Part shown: piece by piece, positions 37,965 through 52,255 of the stretch
Layout: each line of letters starts with the position of its first letter
How positions within the stretch are numbered: the stretch's first letter is position 1
Source of the DNA: Kudoa neothunni
Lineage: Eukaryota > Animalia > Cnidaria
NCBI GenBank assembly: GCA_964304625.1
Contig: OZ199840.1
Span: forward strand, 7,169,635 to 7,233,634
Direction of reading: 5' to 3'
Length of the DNA stretch: 64,000 bases
Program-made: the position numbers and the translations under genes
The notes under the pieces: generated by a model
What the model saw: the letters and a program-made list of their open reading frames with translations, nothing else
What the model was told of the DNA's origin: nothing
Database searches by the model: none

Positions 37965-39623
37965 TTAATTATTCCGGTTTTCATAAATAAACACGATAAT
38001 GTCGAGTTTTGAATCGCTCAATCTTGTTTTGAGTGGGGTGATATGATTAAACAAGGAGAAACATCTTTCGGAATCAATGCTCGTGGGCCTTATGTTGGAA
38101 AGAGCTTTTCGAACTCTTTCTAAGCGATCCGACATCACGCCATGACGTGTAAAATTGAAGATTTCATCTGAGTCGGTAAGTTTTAAGCGATTGGGCTCAG
38201 AAACATAATTTATCAAATCTTCTAAGTCCAAATTAGGCTCAGGGGCTTCATTTTCAATTTGATCAACTGGCCCAACAAAGTTTATCGCTTCCTCTGACTC
38301 AAAACGTGACGGTCTTTTGTAGAAAAAGCTTTTGTCACAGATTTTAGAATCAAAACTTAGATTCAAAAAAATGTCAGACCCAATTCTCCGCCTTTCTTTG
38401 TAGCGCTTGATGACGTTTTCTTTTAATTTCGAGGCAATTGATCCCTCAATATGTGTGTGAGTTCATTTATTGCGCTTGTTAATATAAAATCACATTGCGC
38501 CAAATTAATAAACGACTCGGACAATTTGAGAACGGCTCGATGTACAATTTCAAGGAATGATGTTAGCTCCTTTATTGTAAATCATTCATAAAAATATTAT
38601 GTAAGTAATTACATTGATGAAAATTATTTCGTCCTTGTCTACTGATAATTCCTTTTCCAGAATAGAATAAGTATGCTCTATTGCCTGGTACATTTGAACA
38701 AACTTTATCAACAATTGATATAAGCTGGACCAGCATGTGACACACTCAATGTTTAGAGATAAATATCGTATTCCTTTTTCCTCACACGACTTCCTTAATG
38801 TGTCGTTAGCCAATCCAGATCTTGAACAAACATTGATAATTGATCTGACCTGACCTGAGAGACAACATCAAAAAAATTGGACATAAGAACAAACTCCTGC
38901 TCATCAAATTCTAATTCATCAGATTCCAGCTCATACGTACATTTTTCCATGTTCGAAGCTCCATCAATGCACATAAATAATGAATTGACTCCAAATTTGA
39001 ACAGTTGTTTATTTATTAATGAAGCCAATTCTACATCTATGCATCTTTCTGTTACTCTTGTTACATCAAGAGAGATTTTTTTGCCCTCGAAATAGGTTTT
39101 TATATTAGGGGAACGTTTATTGGACCTTGATGTCCGCTCGTCGCAACAGAGTGCAGGTCTTGAGTTTGACCCCGCAAAGATTTTTTAAACTTTCATTGTC
39201 ATTGAATATTCCACAATGATTAATGAATTAAAAATTGCGTCATATGACACTGGAATTTCTTTTCCATGTGCCCTTTTTGAGAAATTTTCCAAATTGGAAC
39301 ATTGTCGACATCAATCAGTCTCGCGATATCAGAGTCAAGATTGGACTCCTAGCGACTTTCGTTGGCAAAATTGTCAATTATGGGTTGCGTTTGAACGATT
39401 CTAATTTTTATTTAAAAATATTAATGATTCCAAACTACTTTGATTTTAAATCAATCCCATGAGCCTTGGCATGTAAATGAAGTGTGCTCGTTGAGTCTTT
39501 TTTGCAAACTAGTACAGCATTGCACTTTTTGCATTTTTCCTTTTCATCGGCAAGTTTAACAAAAAATTCCAAATAGCGCTCACCGTTAAAACATGTGCGA
39601 TCCCCCCAAAATCTTATGCTCAT
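37965..39623 (-). pseudogene. hAT transposase (BED finger + DDE + dimerization domain), decayed
   Basis: BED finger CKKC...STSTLHLHAKAH, DGASNM, VTCWSSLYQLL and RPTSIDSERCFS. Multiple disruptions. TTCGG subterminal repeats at about 37690. TIRs not found. Confidence 0.85.
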
Positions 39624-39664
39624 TTAATACATTAAGAAATTTTCTTTGTTGAGAATATGATAAA

Positions 39665-40358
39665 CTAGCGCAAAAGCCCCCCCCCCTTGCGTGGGCTTCC
39701 TTGCCCGGCTAAGTAGGCTAACGCTTTGAGTAGGCCAAGGTCATTTGAAGTTCAAAGTAAATTAAGAGTATTTAGATAAATAGTATAAAGATTACCCAAT
39801 TAACAGACGATTTATTTAACTAATTTGGCGCATGAACCTTATTTAATATTTTTAAACACGAATAAACACTACCGAGCATTTAAAATTTCCTCTTTAGAGC
39901 TCCAAAAAACCGATTTTCTCCTTGTTGTTTGCAATAATCTCTAAATCCTACCATATGAAAGTTCTAATCTTGTTAAACATCAACAAATGAATTTCACATT
40001 AATGTTGAGCTACATAACCTAATATAACCTTCCTTATTTAAATTAATTCAATTCTTAAATTACTTTTCAATAATTTTAAAGTAAATAAACACTATGATAT
40101 ATTTAAAATTAACTTATTATAACTTTAACGACATGATCTATATGTTTGCATTAATCCTCAAATCATACCACGTGAAAATGTTTTTAGTCATCTTGCGGAA
40201 TGCAAACCTTTTATAATTTATTACGTACTTTTTTGTATTAAAATAAAATTTTATCTTTCCGTAGGTGTGCTCAAATGGAGCGATATGCCTCTCTATAGAA
40301 AATAAAAGATGCGTGTATACATACACACACGGATTACAGGTTTGCTTTATATAGTAGA
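39665..40358 (-). mobile_element. Non-autonomous Helitron, 694 bp
   Basis: The minus strand begins A|TCTACTATATAAAGC followed by a GT microsatellite. It ends with the hairpin AAGCCC...GGGCTT and then CTAG|T. Confidence 0.82.
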
Positions 40359-40948
40359 TAATGGATTTATGCGTGAATAATAATAAATATATTTTTAATT
40401 ATTTGGGCATAATTTCATTTGTCTAGTGGAAGTTCATTAATGTTTGTTGTATGACCTTCGGCCTAATACATTGAATTTTGATGGAAAATTTAAACCAAAG
40501 GATGGTGGTTAGATATCTCAGCTTTATTAAATATCCAAATAGGCATCATTTTAAAATTCCTAATATATGACATTCGAGGATTGTTTTGGCGGGGTTGTAT
40601 TTGGGAATTTAAGATGCTGAGGTTAATTCAAATTTATAATGCTTACACATAATAATATACTTTTAAATCTTATTAAAAGTTCTTATCAATAATTAATAAA
40701 TTTAAAATATTTGAATAGTGATCTTACCTGGAGAGAAACTATACACAAAATTCTCTAAGTGTTGTTTTCGTTAGCGTCACATTGCACGAAAATGTTTATT
40801 AATGTCAAAAGTTTTGTAGGTGAATGAATTATCACTATTAAACCGAGAATACCTTTCCCTACCATGCTTATTTATGACAAATTATTGATTTGTGATGTCT
40901 TCTAGGCGGGGATCTAATAAGTTTCCGCTATACTCTATAGAAAATAAC

Positions 40949-42979
40949 TAGGGTTTGCAATTTCCGGTTAAAATCGATGTGTCGATTTAAACCATCGAAT
41001 TTGAAAAAACGTGTCAGTCTATTTTTTTCGATCGAAAAAAGCCGACTTTGTTTAAATGAGAATCTTGTAAATGGGAAGAAAACGTCGAGAGTTGGCTGAT
41101 TATTTAATTGAGTGGAGCGACTTGGAAGCTGCGGGAGACTCGTTGTCATGCAAATATTGCAAGCTAGTTTTACCCCTTAAACAAAACAGAATACAAGAAC
41201 ATGTTGGATCTCAAAAACACGCAACTATGAAGACTAATGTGAAAAACACTATCCCCATCAAAGATATTTTGCATCGTGATAGATCCAACTCAAGCGAAAT
41301 TGAAATGGACCCAGTAAAGATCGTATTATTTGATGGTCTTCCATTCCAAGCTATCAATAAAGATAGTTCATTGAGGAATTTTCTTTTTAAATATTGCCCA
41401 GCTTCACGATCATTGCCCGATGGAAGAGTTCTTATCGATAAACATATTTCCCCGATATTTTTGAGGAGTATGGACGCAATTAAACTAGCAATGGTAGATG
41501 TTCGCTTCAGTTTGATAATTGACGAAGCGCCTAACTTTAATAATAGACCTGTTTTCAACACGTTGGCTTGTTATTACGATCACCATTCAAATAAAAGAAT
41601 GATATTTATGTTAGGTTCATCCAGAATTTTAAATTGCAATTCTGTTATTGTTGCTAATCAATTATCAAACGTGCTGAAACGTTACGACTTGGTATGGGAT
41701 AACTGTTGCGCTATTATTTCGGATTCAGCGTCATACATGAAAAAATTCATCAATGATTTGAAAGCAATGTATCCACATATTATTCGAATTCCATGCTTTT
41801 CTCATATTATCCACCTTGCTGTCCGAAAAGCTACTGACGAATATTTCTTAGATATTAGAAAATTCTGCATGAAGTTTTCATCTATTCTGTCAAAGAATAG
41901 AAATGCAAAGAGAACATTTCTGGTTCATCTCAAGAACAACGATTTGGAAAATGTCAAAGAAATTCCTCGTGTCATGGATATCCGTTGGTATAGTTTTTAC
42001 AATTGCTTAAAGCAAATAAAAGAATATTATCCAGCTGTTGTCGATTTTCTAAATGAAGTTAAACCCTTAGAATTTGGAAAACGTCTAAATGAAATTCTAC
42101 TAATTAATTCTGAGAATATCAATGTCTTATTTCTCTCTGTCACTGTGTTAATTGATGAACTTACGCCGCTGGTTGAATTTTCGAAACGTATTGAAACTAA
42201 CGATAATTTTTGTTTTTCAAGTATATTCGACTGGATGAATAATGATTTTGGAATGAAGAAGAATTTTCTTAATGATCACAAAGATAATCTTGGACTTCTT
42301 TCATTTGAAATTAGAACAAATCTTATCAATAAAAATGAATCTTTTCGCGGGAGCATCATCGAGAAAATCCATGATTTTATATCAAATAGTATTAATGATT
42401 GTTTTCCATCAGCCACTTTCTTTCAAACAATCAAAAGCATTGATCCAGCAACGCCATTATAGATTGAAAATGTACATATTGATGATCTTTGTTATTTAAT
42501 AGGGGTTAAAGACAAAGTTTAATTTAAAGATGAATACAATTTCCTTTGTAAGGCAATTATGGATTCAAATCATCCTTCTATCACCACAGACTTTTGGAAG
42601 GAAAAATCCAGTATTTGCCCATTGCTGTCAAAACTTTCATTGGATTTGTTGGTATTACCCATTTCATCTATCGCTGTAGAACGAAGCTTTTCGAAATTAA
42701 ATTATATAATTCGAAAAGAACGAATGAAACTCTCAAATGAACGCGCTTCAATGGTTTCGATGCTCCATTTTAACGGTCCATCTCTATTTTAACTAGTAGT
42801 TACTCAAAATAATTATTTTTATTCTATAAAACTTTGTTTTTTAGTCTCCGATAAAAACTTATTTTTCTTTTATTCTTAAAATATACGTCGAAAAAAACCT
42901 GATTTTGAAAAAAAAAGTTTTTCGATCGGTAAAAGCCGTCGAATTGAAAAAAAATAAACGTCGAAAATTGCAAACCCTA
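40949..42979 (+). mobile_element. Complete hAT transposon, 2.03 kb
   Basis: Perfect 15-bp TIR TAGGGTTTGCAATTT. Perfect 8-bp TSD AAAATAAC (40941-48 and 42980-87). TCGA-rich subterminal repeats. Confidence 0.95.
41071..42792 (+). pseudogene. hAT transposase with CGGBP1-like zinc finger; one frame, two premature stops
   Basis: SCKYC...IQEHVGSQKH, SLIIDE, ISDSASYM, PCFSH, RWYS and ISSIAVERSFS. ORFs 41071-42462 and 42559-42792 share a frame, separated by TAG (42460) and TAA (42520). Confidence 0.9.
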
Positions 42980-45556
42980 AAAATAACGCTAATATTCAAA
43001 GCATATGGGAATTTTTTAATATCCTATTAAAATTTCAACACGAATTCGATTTTAAAAATTTCATCATTTTGTCAATTCTGTGCGTTGATTATCAATGGAT
43101 ATAAATTTTTTTCATTATACATTACTCTGGTTGATACAGAGCAAACCTTCTCGAATTCTATTAAAAAAAGCTTGATTTAAGGAAGAGAATTATTTTAAAA
43201 GTATATACTTTAAATTTTGAACAAAAATCTCATAGTTTGATAAAAAATGGTCACCTACTCTCGAAATTTGAGAATTAGAAAATGTAAATATTTCTTCTAA
43301 ATTTATTACACACAGCGTATATCAAATCAATTTTAAATGAAAACCAATAAATAAATTTCTTTAAAAATAAGCAGCTTTTCAACATTAAAAACGACGTTTT
43401 GTGCGCATTAGACTGGTTACTTTGGCCAGCTAGAACGCATGGCGCACGTAATTCATGACTTAAACCCCTGAACTTATTAGTAGTATGGAAAACGTCATTT
43501 TCATTCTTTAAAACATATTTTACCGATAATATATTTACGAATAAATGCATTTTAAGTGAATTCAATAAATATAGAATGAATAGAGGATCATACTCATCAG
43601 AAATTTTTAATACAAAATTAACTTAATAAATTTTTTATAAATGAGGAAATAAAAAATAGCTTAACATATTAATGAAATCAGTTTTGTAATATCTTAGCTA
43701 TCCTAGAAGATATTCTTTACCGTAAGAATAGTCGGGCCCTTTTAAATGGAGGGAAACTCGCATCGTTCGAAAAAATCCAAAGAGAAAGTAACGTGTGAAG
43801 AAACGTTCAAAAACTGTTTAAAAAAATAATTCCTGTTAATATTTGTGGATCAGAAGGCATTATTCTTTTGAATGGAAGTAAATCCCTAGAGAAATCAAAC
43901 CTAAGGTCGGGTTAATATAGAAGAAATTACTTGATTTAAAGTTCCAGGAGATAAATATGTTAAATCAATAAATAATGAAGTCGACGCAACGAATGAACTG
44001 TTTACTCATGGAAATTATGAAAAAACGGGCATAATTTGTTCCGTTAATGAAGTCATTGAGCATTAACTAAATTAAGAGAAATTATTTTTTCTCGTGACAT
44101 ACCTGTGTTAGAAAATAAAACAAAATTGAACTTCTCCGTCTGTAAAATAAGACAAGGTTCGTAAAAGAATGATAAAATAGCTGACTATTAAAAAAAATCT
44201 ACATATTTTCGAATAATTTGTAATGTATTTATTCGATATTTGTTGTTATTAGTTTAACATTCAACCTTGTCTGAACGTCTACGAGCTATCATTAATATAA
44301 TAAAGAATTTGGAATTTTTAAATACAAAATACGACCGCGCGCCACTATTATCTATCTAGCATTCTGCGTGCGCGAGCATGGATACTGCGTATTATGGGGG
44401 TGCAACGCACCTAAAAGGTTTGTCCCAAAAAAGTGCGTAATATCTCCGCACTATTGTACATAGATTTAGTTGTTTAGATTTTGCCTAATCGAATTATTTC
44501 TTGTCCATTCCTTTGCTCTTAGACCCTAAAAATAATTAAAATAATCAAAACTAATGACACTTTAATATTATTTACCATGAAAATAGCCATTTTAAGTATT
44601 GTTGTTGTTATTATTATTATTAGGCTGCACGACTAAAAAGTAAACTTCGCATAAAAGAAAGAGTCTGATGATAATTTTATAAATAGCTGTTAAATACCTA
44701 TTCCTAAAAAATTGTAAAAAAATTCAGCCTAACTCTTAATGATTTTAATAACCCTGAACAATATAATTCCTTAGGAATCCTGAAGTACATCATAAAACAA
44801 TAATGCAAGAATTTTCCTATCTGATTTTGATGTTACTTAATTTACCCCCGGTTGAGAACCCTTGATCGAGAGCAGGACTTCCCGATTGGAAGTTCACGGG
44901 CCCCTAAGAGATCCGGGAGACAGTTACTAGGGGTCTGAGACTCACACCTTGAGTCAGCATTAAAATTCTATGGCCAGGCATGTTTTATACGTAATATACC
45001 GATTCGTGCGCGGTCAAAGCTGAAGTAAGTCCGACAAACAAATAGTCATTGATTGAATTTTACTGAAAATTAAATTATATTTCCAATATATAATTTTTTA
45101 TTTACTAATATATAAAATAACATTGTTAATTAGTTCTTGTCATTTATTGACTAAATCATTTATGGTTTAACGTAAGAATTAATAAAATATTAAATTTTTA
45201 ATCGAATAGATGGACAAATTATATATTGTTTTAAGACTCTTAGAATTCTTAAAAATCGTGTTTTATATTGTTTAAATGAACTATAAAGACAAATAAGAAT
45301 TACACTTTAATTCGTAGTCACGATTAAGTTTTTTATTGTTGGTCGAATTATTTTAGATTTTTATACTTCAAATTAAAATAAATTGACACTCAAAAATTAT
45401 ATAAACTAAAATCTTACATTCGAGAATGAGTTACATGTTTATTTTCTTCATGTGATATTTAAGTTTATAATTAAAACAGAAACAGATGACTACAAAAAAT
45501 AACATCCCCCGAAAGCGCGACTATTCACATATATTGTGGACGAAAATGTTAATATA

Positions 45557-46617
45557 CAGTTGTGCAGGGATACTACGCATATTGTTGGGACATAGACTCG
45601 AGTGCGTAATAACCCTGCACTATTTAATATCCATGTTTAGCGCACACACCTGCAAGTGAAATTGGGTGAATGCGCGACCGCTTTCCCCGCTTTTTTATTT
45701 ATTCTCTCGTGTCACTAATAATAACGTTAATAGAGAGATGTGGAAAATTTTCGTAATAATTTTTGTATTGTTCACAGAGTATTCTGAAAATAAAAGGTAG
45801 TTTAAAACGGAATTATTTTTTCAACAAGAAATTTGTTATGTCTCTTGTTTTAAACTAAGTTTATTTTATATTGAACAAGGAAAAATTTTGTAAGGTGTTC
45901 CAGCATTTCGATATGATGGATCTTGAATTATTCCTTTATTTCTTTTAGATTTTCTATTTAATTTGTTCCTTTTTAGACTAACTCTCCAAGCAAACTCGTG
46001 GAACTGTCCTCGACCTACAGTTATAGGAGTGTTGTCGTTCGTGCCGCCCTTTATGCCATTGGCTAATTTATTTTCCTATTACATTGTACACCCTGGAGAG
46101 CTTTATATTTCTCGTTCTCGAAAGTTCGATCGATCGATCCATTCATTCTTCTTATATCGAGTAGTTTGAATTTTTTTATGAGTTCTGCGATAAAATCTTA
46201 ATCATTTGAAATGAAGTCTGAAAATATTTTTGATTTTATTGATACAATTGTATTCGACAGGGTGACCGACTTAAGGCCGGAACGCCTAACGATGTTCGCT
46301 TTAGAGTCACTCTTAGTTCCTAATTTTTCCAATTATTTAATAATCTACATGCAATCTTCAAGTAAGCGATAATTTTTGTATTTTCCTACTGCGTACTGAC
46401 CATACCCATGTAATCAAACAACAGATTTCAGGTGCGTAATAAACATGAAGTCAAATTTTCTGACTCTGGGTCATATTTTCAAGAATAATTTAGCTTTATT
46501 AAACATTTTTGAGTGTTTATTATTGTAAATAATTACATTGTGTATTTTTATTAGGAAACATTGCCATAATATCATAAAGTGCGTAGTCCCCTGCTACGCA
46601 ATAATCCTGCACTACTA
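45557..46617 (+). mobile_element. Decayed Tc1/mariner (pogo-like) element; a related right end lies at about 44380-44457
   Basis: TA|CAGTTGTGCAGGGATACTACGCA ... TACGCAATAATCCTGCACTACTA|TA. Internal remnant HTHVIKQ resembles the pogo HTTHxLQPLD motif. A related terminus GTGCGTAATATCTCCGCACTATTG|TA lies near 44433-44459. Confidence 0.6.
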
Positions 46618-46789
46618 TAAAACTTGTGAGTAAGAATTGATGAGATTAAAAATTGTCATTATGCAAGCATATGTGTCTTTTGGGACTAGAATTTACCCCC
46701 AAATAGCCTCTGCTATAGCTAAACCAGTACAAAATCATAAAGTGAATATGAATTTGGCTCCCAAATTAAGACTATTTTGTTTATAATGT

Positions 46790-47277
46790 AAAACTCCTGA
46801 CGTAACTTGTTTGGTTGTGAAGTTCGGTCAGATTAGGCCTTCTCCATTTACGCTTTAGTCACCACAGCGTCATATTAAGGCGACTTACGTTTGAGGTAAT
46901 GTGGGATTTTAATCCTCTAAACATTCTCGTTTCGGAGCAACCACCACCCCAAGCATACCCTAGACCAACCCAGAATTGGTCTGGGAAAGTCATCTGAAGG
47001 GAGGTGTCGGCTCTACGGAAACCCCCTACTCCTACTGGGTTTTATTTCGTTCCTGCAATACCCCGGGGTCTATGAGCGCCCGAGTTTTACCCTTCTGCCA
47101 GGCTTCCCTTCCAGCTGCAGGCGAAGCCACAATAAATCATAGATCCATGCGAACACTACACTACTACAGCCTTCCTACTTAATTTCGGATTAGGAATACA
47201 GGAACGCCCGGACTAGGCTTCGAACTCGCAACCTCACGGTATGCGACTCGACCTAATCCCACTATGCCATATTGTCC
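46790..47277 (-). mobile_element. tRNA-derived SINE-like element, copy 2 (uninterrupted, about 490 bp)
   Basis: Minus-strand head GGACAATATGGCATAGTGGG (A box) ... GAGTTCGAAGCC (B box). GC-richer body homologous to copy 1. Confidence 0.78.
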
Positions 47278-49149
47278 AAGCAGTGTCATCTTGATGTGTC
47301 CGGTGTTTCCCTCCTAAATGGTAGAGGGCTCGGAAACTAAAATGAATTAGGAAGCACTGCCCTAAAATAACGCACGTGACTGAATGTGAACAGGTTTTTT
47401 AATTTTAGAAATAAATTAACAATCAAAATATCCGTTCACAAATGTAATAATCAGTTTTGTGAATCTATGACAACAAATTTTACGGTTGTACGTGTGTTTC
47501 ACATCAATTTGTGCGCCAGACTGACGAATCAGAATTTATTTAACGTAGGTTTGAAGTCTAATTCTTCGGGTGAATTAGAAAGTGTTATAAAGATTTACGA
47601 GAAAATATCATATTTTAACTTTTTAAATGCTAGACAAGAATTCTCTTAAATGTTGAAGACAGGATAATTATTAAGTCAACCATCCGTTTTCCGACACTAC
47701 TAAATTACACATTGATGAATTTCCAGTGAAACTAATGGACACAAAAAGAGTGGAGAATGAAATAGAATAACATTCAAAAATAATATCTCTGTTAAGCTTA
47801 CGGCGAGAGTTTCCGAGGATGGATTGTCTACTGAATTGTGTATTTCTATTTTGGATTTAACATCATATCAGGATAAATGTATAATTTATGCATTTATCTA
47901 AAAATCTGTAAAAAATATATTATTGAATTTATTATAATATACCCAATTTAAATAAATTCTATCTGTTAGTTTCAGAGATATTAATTGCCTTTAAAATAGC
48001 CAGTTACGCGAGGGGATTATCAGGTACCTGTGGAATAGCCACTGCCTAAAAATTACAGTTAGCCAGAACATTAACCCTGCATTTCTTAATTAGAATGTTG
48101 TAATATTTTTTGAACGATTAACTGTAATAGGATTATTGTATTTAATCCTAGAAATTATTTTTGGGAATAACGTAAAGATTTTATGCAATTAATCGTCTAA
48201 TGGTTGTATAAATATGAAATATTTATGTTCGATTCGTATAATTCCTATTAGATAATCGCTAAAAAGAAATTATGGTATTGCTTCAAAATCGTAGTTGTCA
48301 TAATCAAATTTGAAAATACATACGGGATACTTTACTCAATTGAATATTATGACCCGTTAAAACGATATAAAGAGGATAACAAATATACAAAATATTACAA
48401 TGACTAATATGTACAGCAGATACAATATTACATGTAAAATCTTGTCGCGTTAACACCTATAAAACGTAAAAATAAAATCATAAGTCGCGCCGGTTCGGTT
48501 CGTTGTAACTTATTTGGATTACAGCCACTATTCTGCTGTTTTACTCCGCTATCATTTAGATTTATTTTAAAGTTGTATTTATTTATCCAACCAAAAAAAT
48601 CATTAACGTTATCGCTTGTGTTTTATTGAATATTCATTTTCTTTCGTAAACCTCGATTTTCCTATCAAATTCCAATATTATTGAAATACATGTAAAATGT
48701 GCAGAGATTGAGATTTAAATGGGCTAATTATTAGAACAAATCCTTCATGTTTTATAGATATTGCACGAAAATTATTTGGGTAGACAACAAAATTCTTAAG
48801 ATATTTTGGCCTAAAATAGCCCATATATTTAGTAACTAAATATAGAAAAGCTTTTGACATCCATCACGAAAGTAATAAAAGAGAAGCGCTTCACTACTCG
48901 CGGTTTAAGAAACGTTGACTCGGCACCCATGCCTTAACTGATATCCACTTGACGATACAGATTGCCTCAAAATATTTAAGTTACTAATCAGAAATTTGCA
49001 AACCATGATAAAATTATCATTTTTCAACATGGAATAATAACACGTCATTAAGTTTGTTAGCCGTTCTAAAGTAAAAGCAAGAAAAATCAATGATGACAAT
49101 ACAATTTACACTACACAACTGAAAGTGAAGAAAATAGTTGACTGAGATT

Positions 49150-52100
49150 TTAAACAACTATTTTATTGTCAATCAATAGTACAGCTTGCATAGCGTCACT
49201 AGGAATGATTGATTCTGTACACATTTGAGTAACTAACTTGACCAAGCATTTCATTTTGTTTTTAATAAAATTCGGATCCTACATTGAACATTTGAATTAG
49301 AAATTGAATATCTAAACTAGAATCACTTGGTTGTTGAAGCAGAAGGAGTTTAGAGGGTCCACAGTGGCCAAGTACTGATGGTAGAATAGAGTAGCTACAG
49401 ATTGTATAAAATTGCCGAAAAATCGAAACGCCTTTACACATAATTAGTGCAAAACAACAAGCTATATATTATATATTTACTATAGGAGGTAGATTTTTGA
49501 CAAGTTTTTGGAAGTCGTAAAGCGAATCACTATTTGTAGGAATAAAGCGACAATCCTCTGCAACCTATAAAATGTATATTGAATACATATTAAGAAAGGA
49601 GGCGAAAGAAGCATATGGTTGGTTGAAGTTACTCGGAGGGTAGATACCAAATCATTCGCCTCCATCAGATTCTCTAGCCACAGATAATCATGCAAGAATT
49701 CGAAGAGAGATCGTTGTGAGATATCTATGTTCCAATTCTGTTCAACCATTCTACACAAGGTCAGATGAGCAGGCAATAAATCAAACCAAAGATAACACTC
49801 ATCGTAGTTAATACCTGTTGAAAATAAAGTTTGAAGTTTCAAATATTTTGGTGCGTTTCTTGTCGCTGGATGAGAGACAAATAGTTTCACATAACATTTT
49901 GTTTATTAGTTTTACAACTTTTTTATAGTTACAAGAGATGTCGTAAATGCGAATAGCATGATACAGGTCGTTGTTCTTTTCAAAAGTTTGAGCAACGCGA
50001 TTAAAAATATTCGCAGAATTATTTTTAAACCAATTCAGCAAGCAATCGGTATGTGAGCCGTCTGGAAGAATGTTCCCAAATAGACGAGAAATATTCGACG
50101 TGTTGAGTGCTATATGAGTCATGAAAGAAACTACTAGGTCGCTGTTGATATCCTTCAATATGTAAACATATTCCACAGCAAGGTCCACATTGATATCGCT
50201 TAGTTTATGAATGTATTCGAGAAAGACATCTCTCAAGTTGATAGAAAGCGAATTGGTATCGATTCGGTTTATTACAGCAAACATAGAATTTGTCGAGAAG
50301 TCGTTTACAGAAATAACACCTTCAGTGTACATAGCAACAGAGAGATTGACCATGTGTGGCAAAAATGCAGCAAATTCACTTAAATAACCTATGCATCCAA
50401 CATAATCGCCGCAATATAGCAGCACTTGAACAACAGTCAAGGGGTCAAATTTGAAAGAATCACCACTGTTCATTTTGCTCAAGAACATGTCGTTGACTTC
50501 AGCACGAATTGAGGCAAGGTGAGTCAATTTAAAAAAATATGCTTTGCTAAATTTGAACCATAACAAGTCATCCAAATTTTGGAAATAAGCTGATAGATCG
50601 ATATCATCAAAATTTAGTAGCAGCGAGAAAACCAACCGTTTAATGGTCAGTTTAGAGTCGTCTTCAAATGTGTACAGCTCAAGCAATGCATCACGCAACT
50701 CTTTCAAGTTATCCATGTTATTTTCTGCTAATGCGCGTATATACTGGGAAAACACCACATTTTCCAAATGCAATCCCTCAGCAAACACCGCTGCAGCACG
50801 TATATCACCACATCTTATGGAACTAAAAATACACTTCCAGAGAGTGCTTTCTTTTATAGAAGGGCAATCCTTTGGATAGAATTTGTCCTTGTTGCAATAA
50901 TAACAATAGACTATATCCACGGTGTCTTCAACCGGATATTGTTTTTGGATAGATCTCATGAGCCTACGCTTTTCTTTAAAACACAAATGATTCCATGAGG
51001 TTTCAATAACAATTTCCATAAAATCGGAGGTTTGCCGGAACTCTGCAGCATCTTCTTTGGCCAGCGCTTTCATCAATGCGAGCTGACTACCAAGTAGCGT
51101 CCAATTTTCCACTAACATGCTATCACCCTTGACATAACCACGGAAATTGGCCGAAACAAATGTCGCGTATGGAACAGTTACATTGTCGTCAATGCCGTCG
51201 ATAAAAAGTTTGGTGTCTAATAAATTCGACCGTGGAAAAACAACATTTTGACGAGAATCAACCACCAAGAGATTGGTTCGATTGGATTTTTTCAAATTAT
51301 TAGACAAAATAATTTGTTCAATGTACAAAAAATCCAATATGGAGATATTAAGTGAAGCGGCATTACAAATACGGTCCTCATTCTTGAACACTATGCTGTG
51401 GGGTTCGGACACTGTAATATCGATTTTAGTGCGCTGAACTGAAGGCGATAGAGTTTCCGAAATCGATGAACTTGAGCGTTTATTAATGACATCTCTAGAA
51501 GTTAGTCTGCTATTAAGGGTATCACCCTTACGTAGTCGACTGCCAGTGGGCAGGTTGTTAGCAAACGATTCGTCAGATGAAGTCGACGCGATCGTATTCA
51601 CTTGAGTGAAGTAATAGTCGGAATTCTTTGCAACAAAATTCGACTTTAACTTTTCCCAATCACTATCCTTCCGTATAGCAGTAGCATTAGTAGTCCTTGA
51701 TTGGTTGATGTGTTGTATTTGAGAGTGGTGCAATTCTGTAAAATATGGAAGTTCAGTAATTTTCAATTCGTTTCCACCTTGAGGAACGACTGAGAACTCT
51801 ATAATTGCTTCGACTAAATTGGTCAGATCGCAACCTTTTCTATCAACGACAGATAATTTGTTTTCAGCATTTTTCTTGCCAATTCGATTATTCCTATTTT
51901 TTATCAAATAGTCTATCAACTCGTCTAGGTAGCGTTCATTTTGATGCTTGAAAGTATCCAGCTGATGCATATTGGGATCTTGTGTAATGGCATAACGGCT
52001 ATTAATAGACTCAGGGGCATGACTAAATTCATTTTAAGGCATTATCACTACAGCACACATTGTTTACTATTTCAAAACAGAAGAATACAATTGTTCTAAA

Positions 52101-52255
52101 GAGTTACACTCATCAACTTTCAGATTTTTCTCATAAAAAGGTCTAACATCCGCCCCAACGTCTTCAATCGAGCATTTAAGTTTATTGAAACTTTTCAACG
52201 AATCTCTTACTAATAACGACAGATCAAAGGGTTGATTTTGCTTATGCAGGTCCAT
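49150..52255 (-). CDS. NUP93: Nucleoporin Nup93/Nic96, divergent, multi-exon
   Basis: The large exon (about 49815-52022) carries WKCIFSSIRCGD (cf. WALIYYCMRCGD), LDDLLWFKF (cf. TEDYLWLKL), QVLLYCGDY and AIRIYDISCNYKKVVKLINKML. Short 3' exons end ...LLIDNKIVV*. The start codon at 52255 is inferred. Confidence 0.82.

Noticed and set aside
42460-42522. Stop-codon reassignment (TAA/TAG read as sense)
   Set aside because: Host genes terminate at TAA (PSMC3, RAD17, NUP93) and TAG (plastin), so the standard code applies.
47960-48150. Exon/intron-like pattern on the minus strand downstream of NUP93
   Set aside because: The first candidate exon has stops in all three frames and no product is recognisable.
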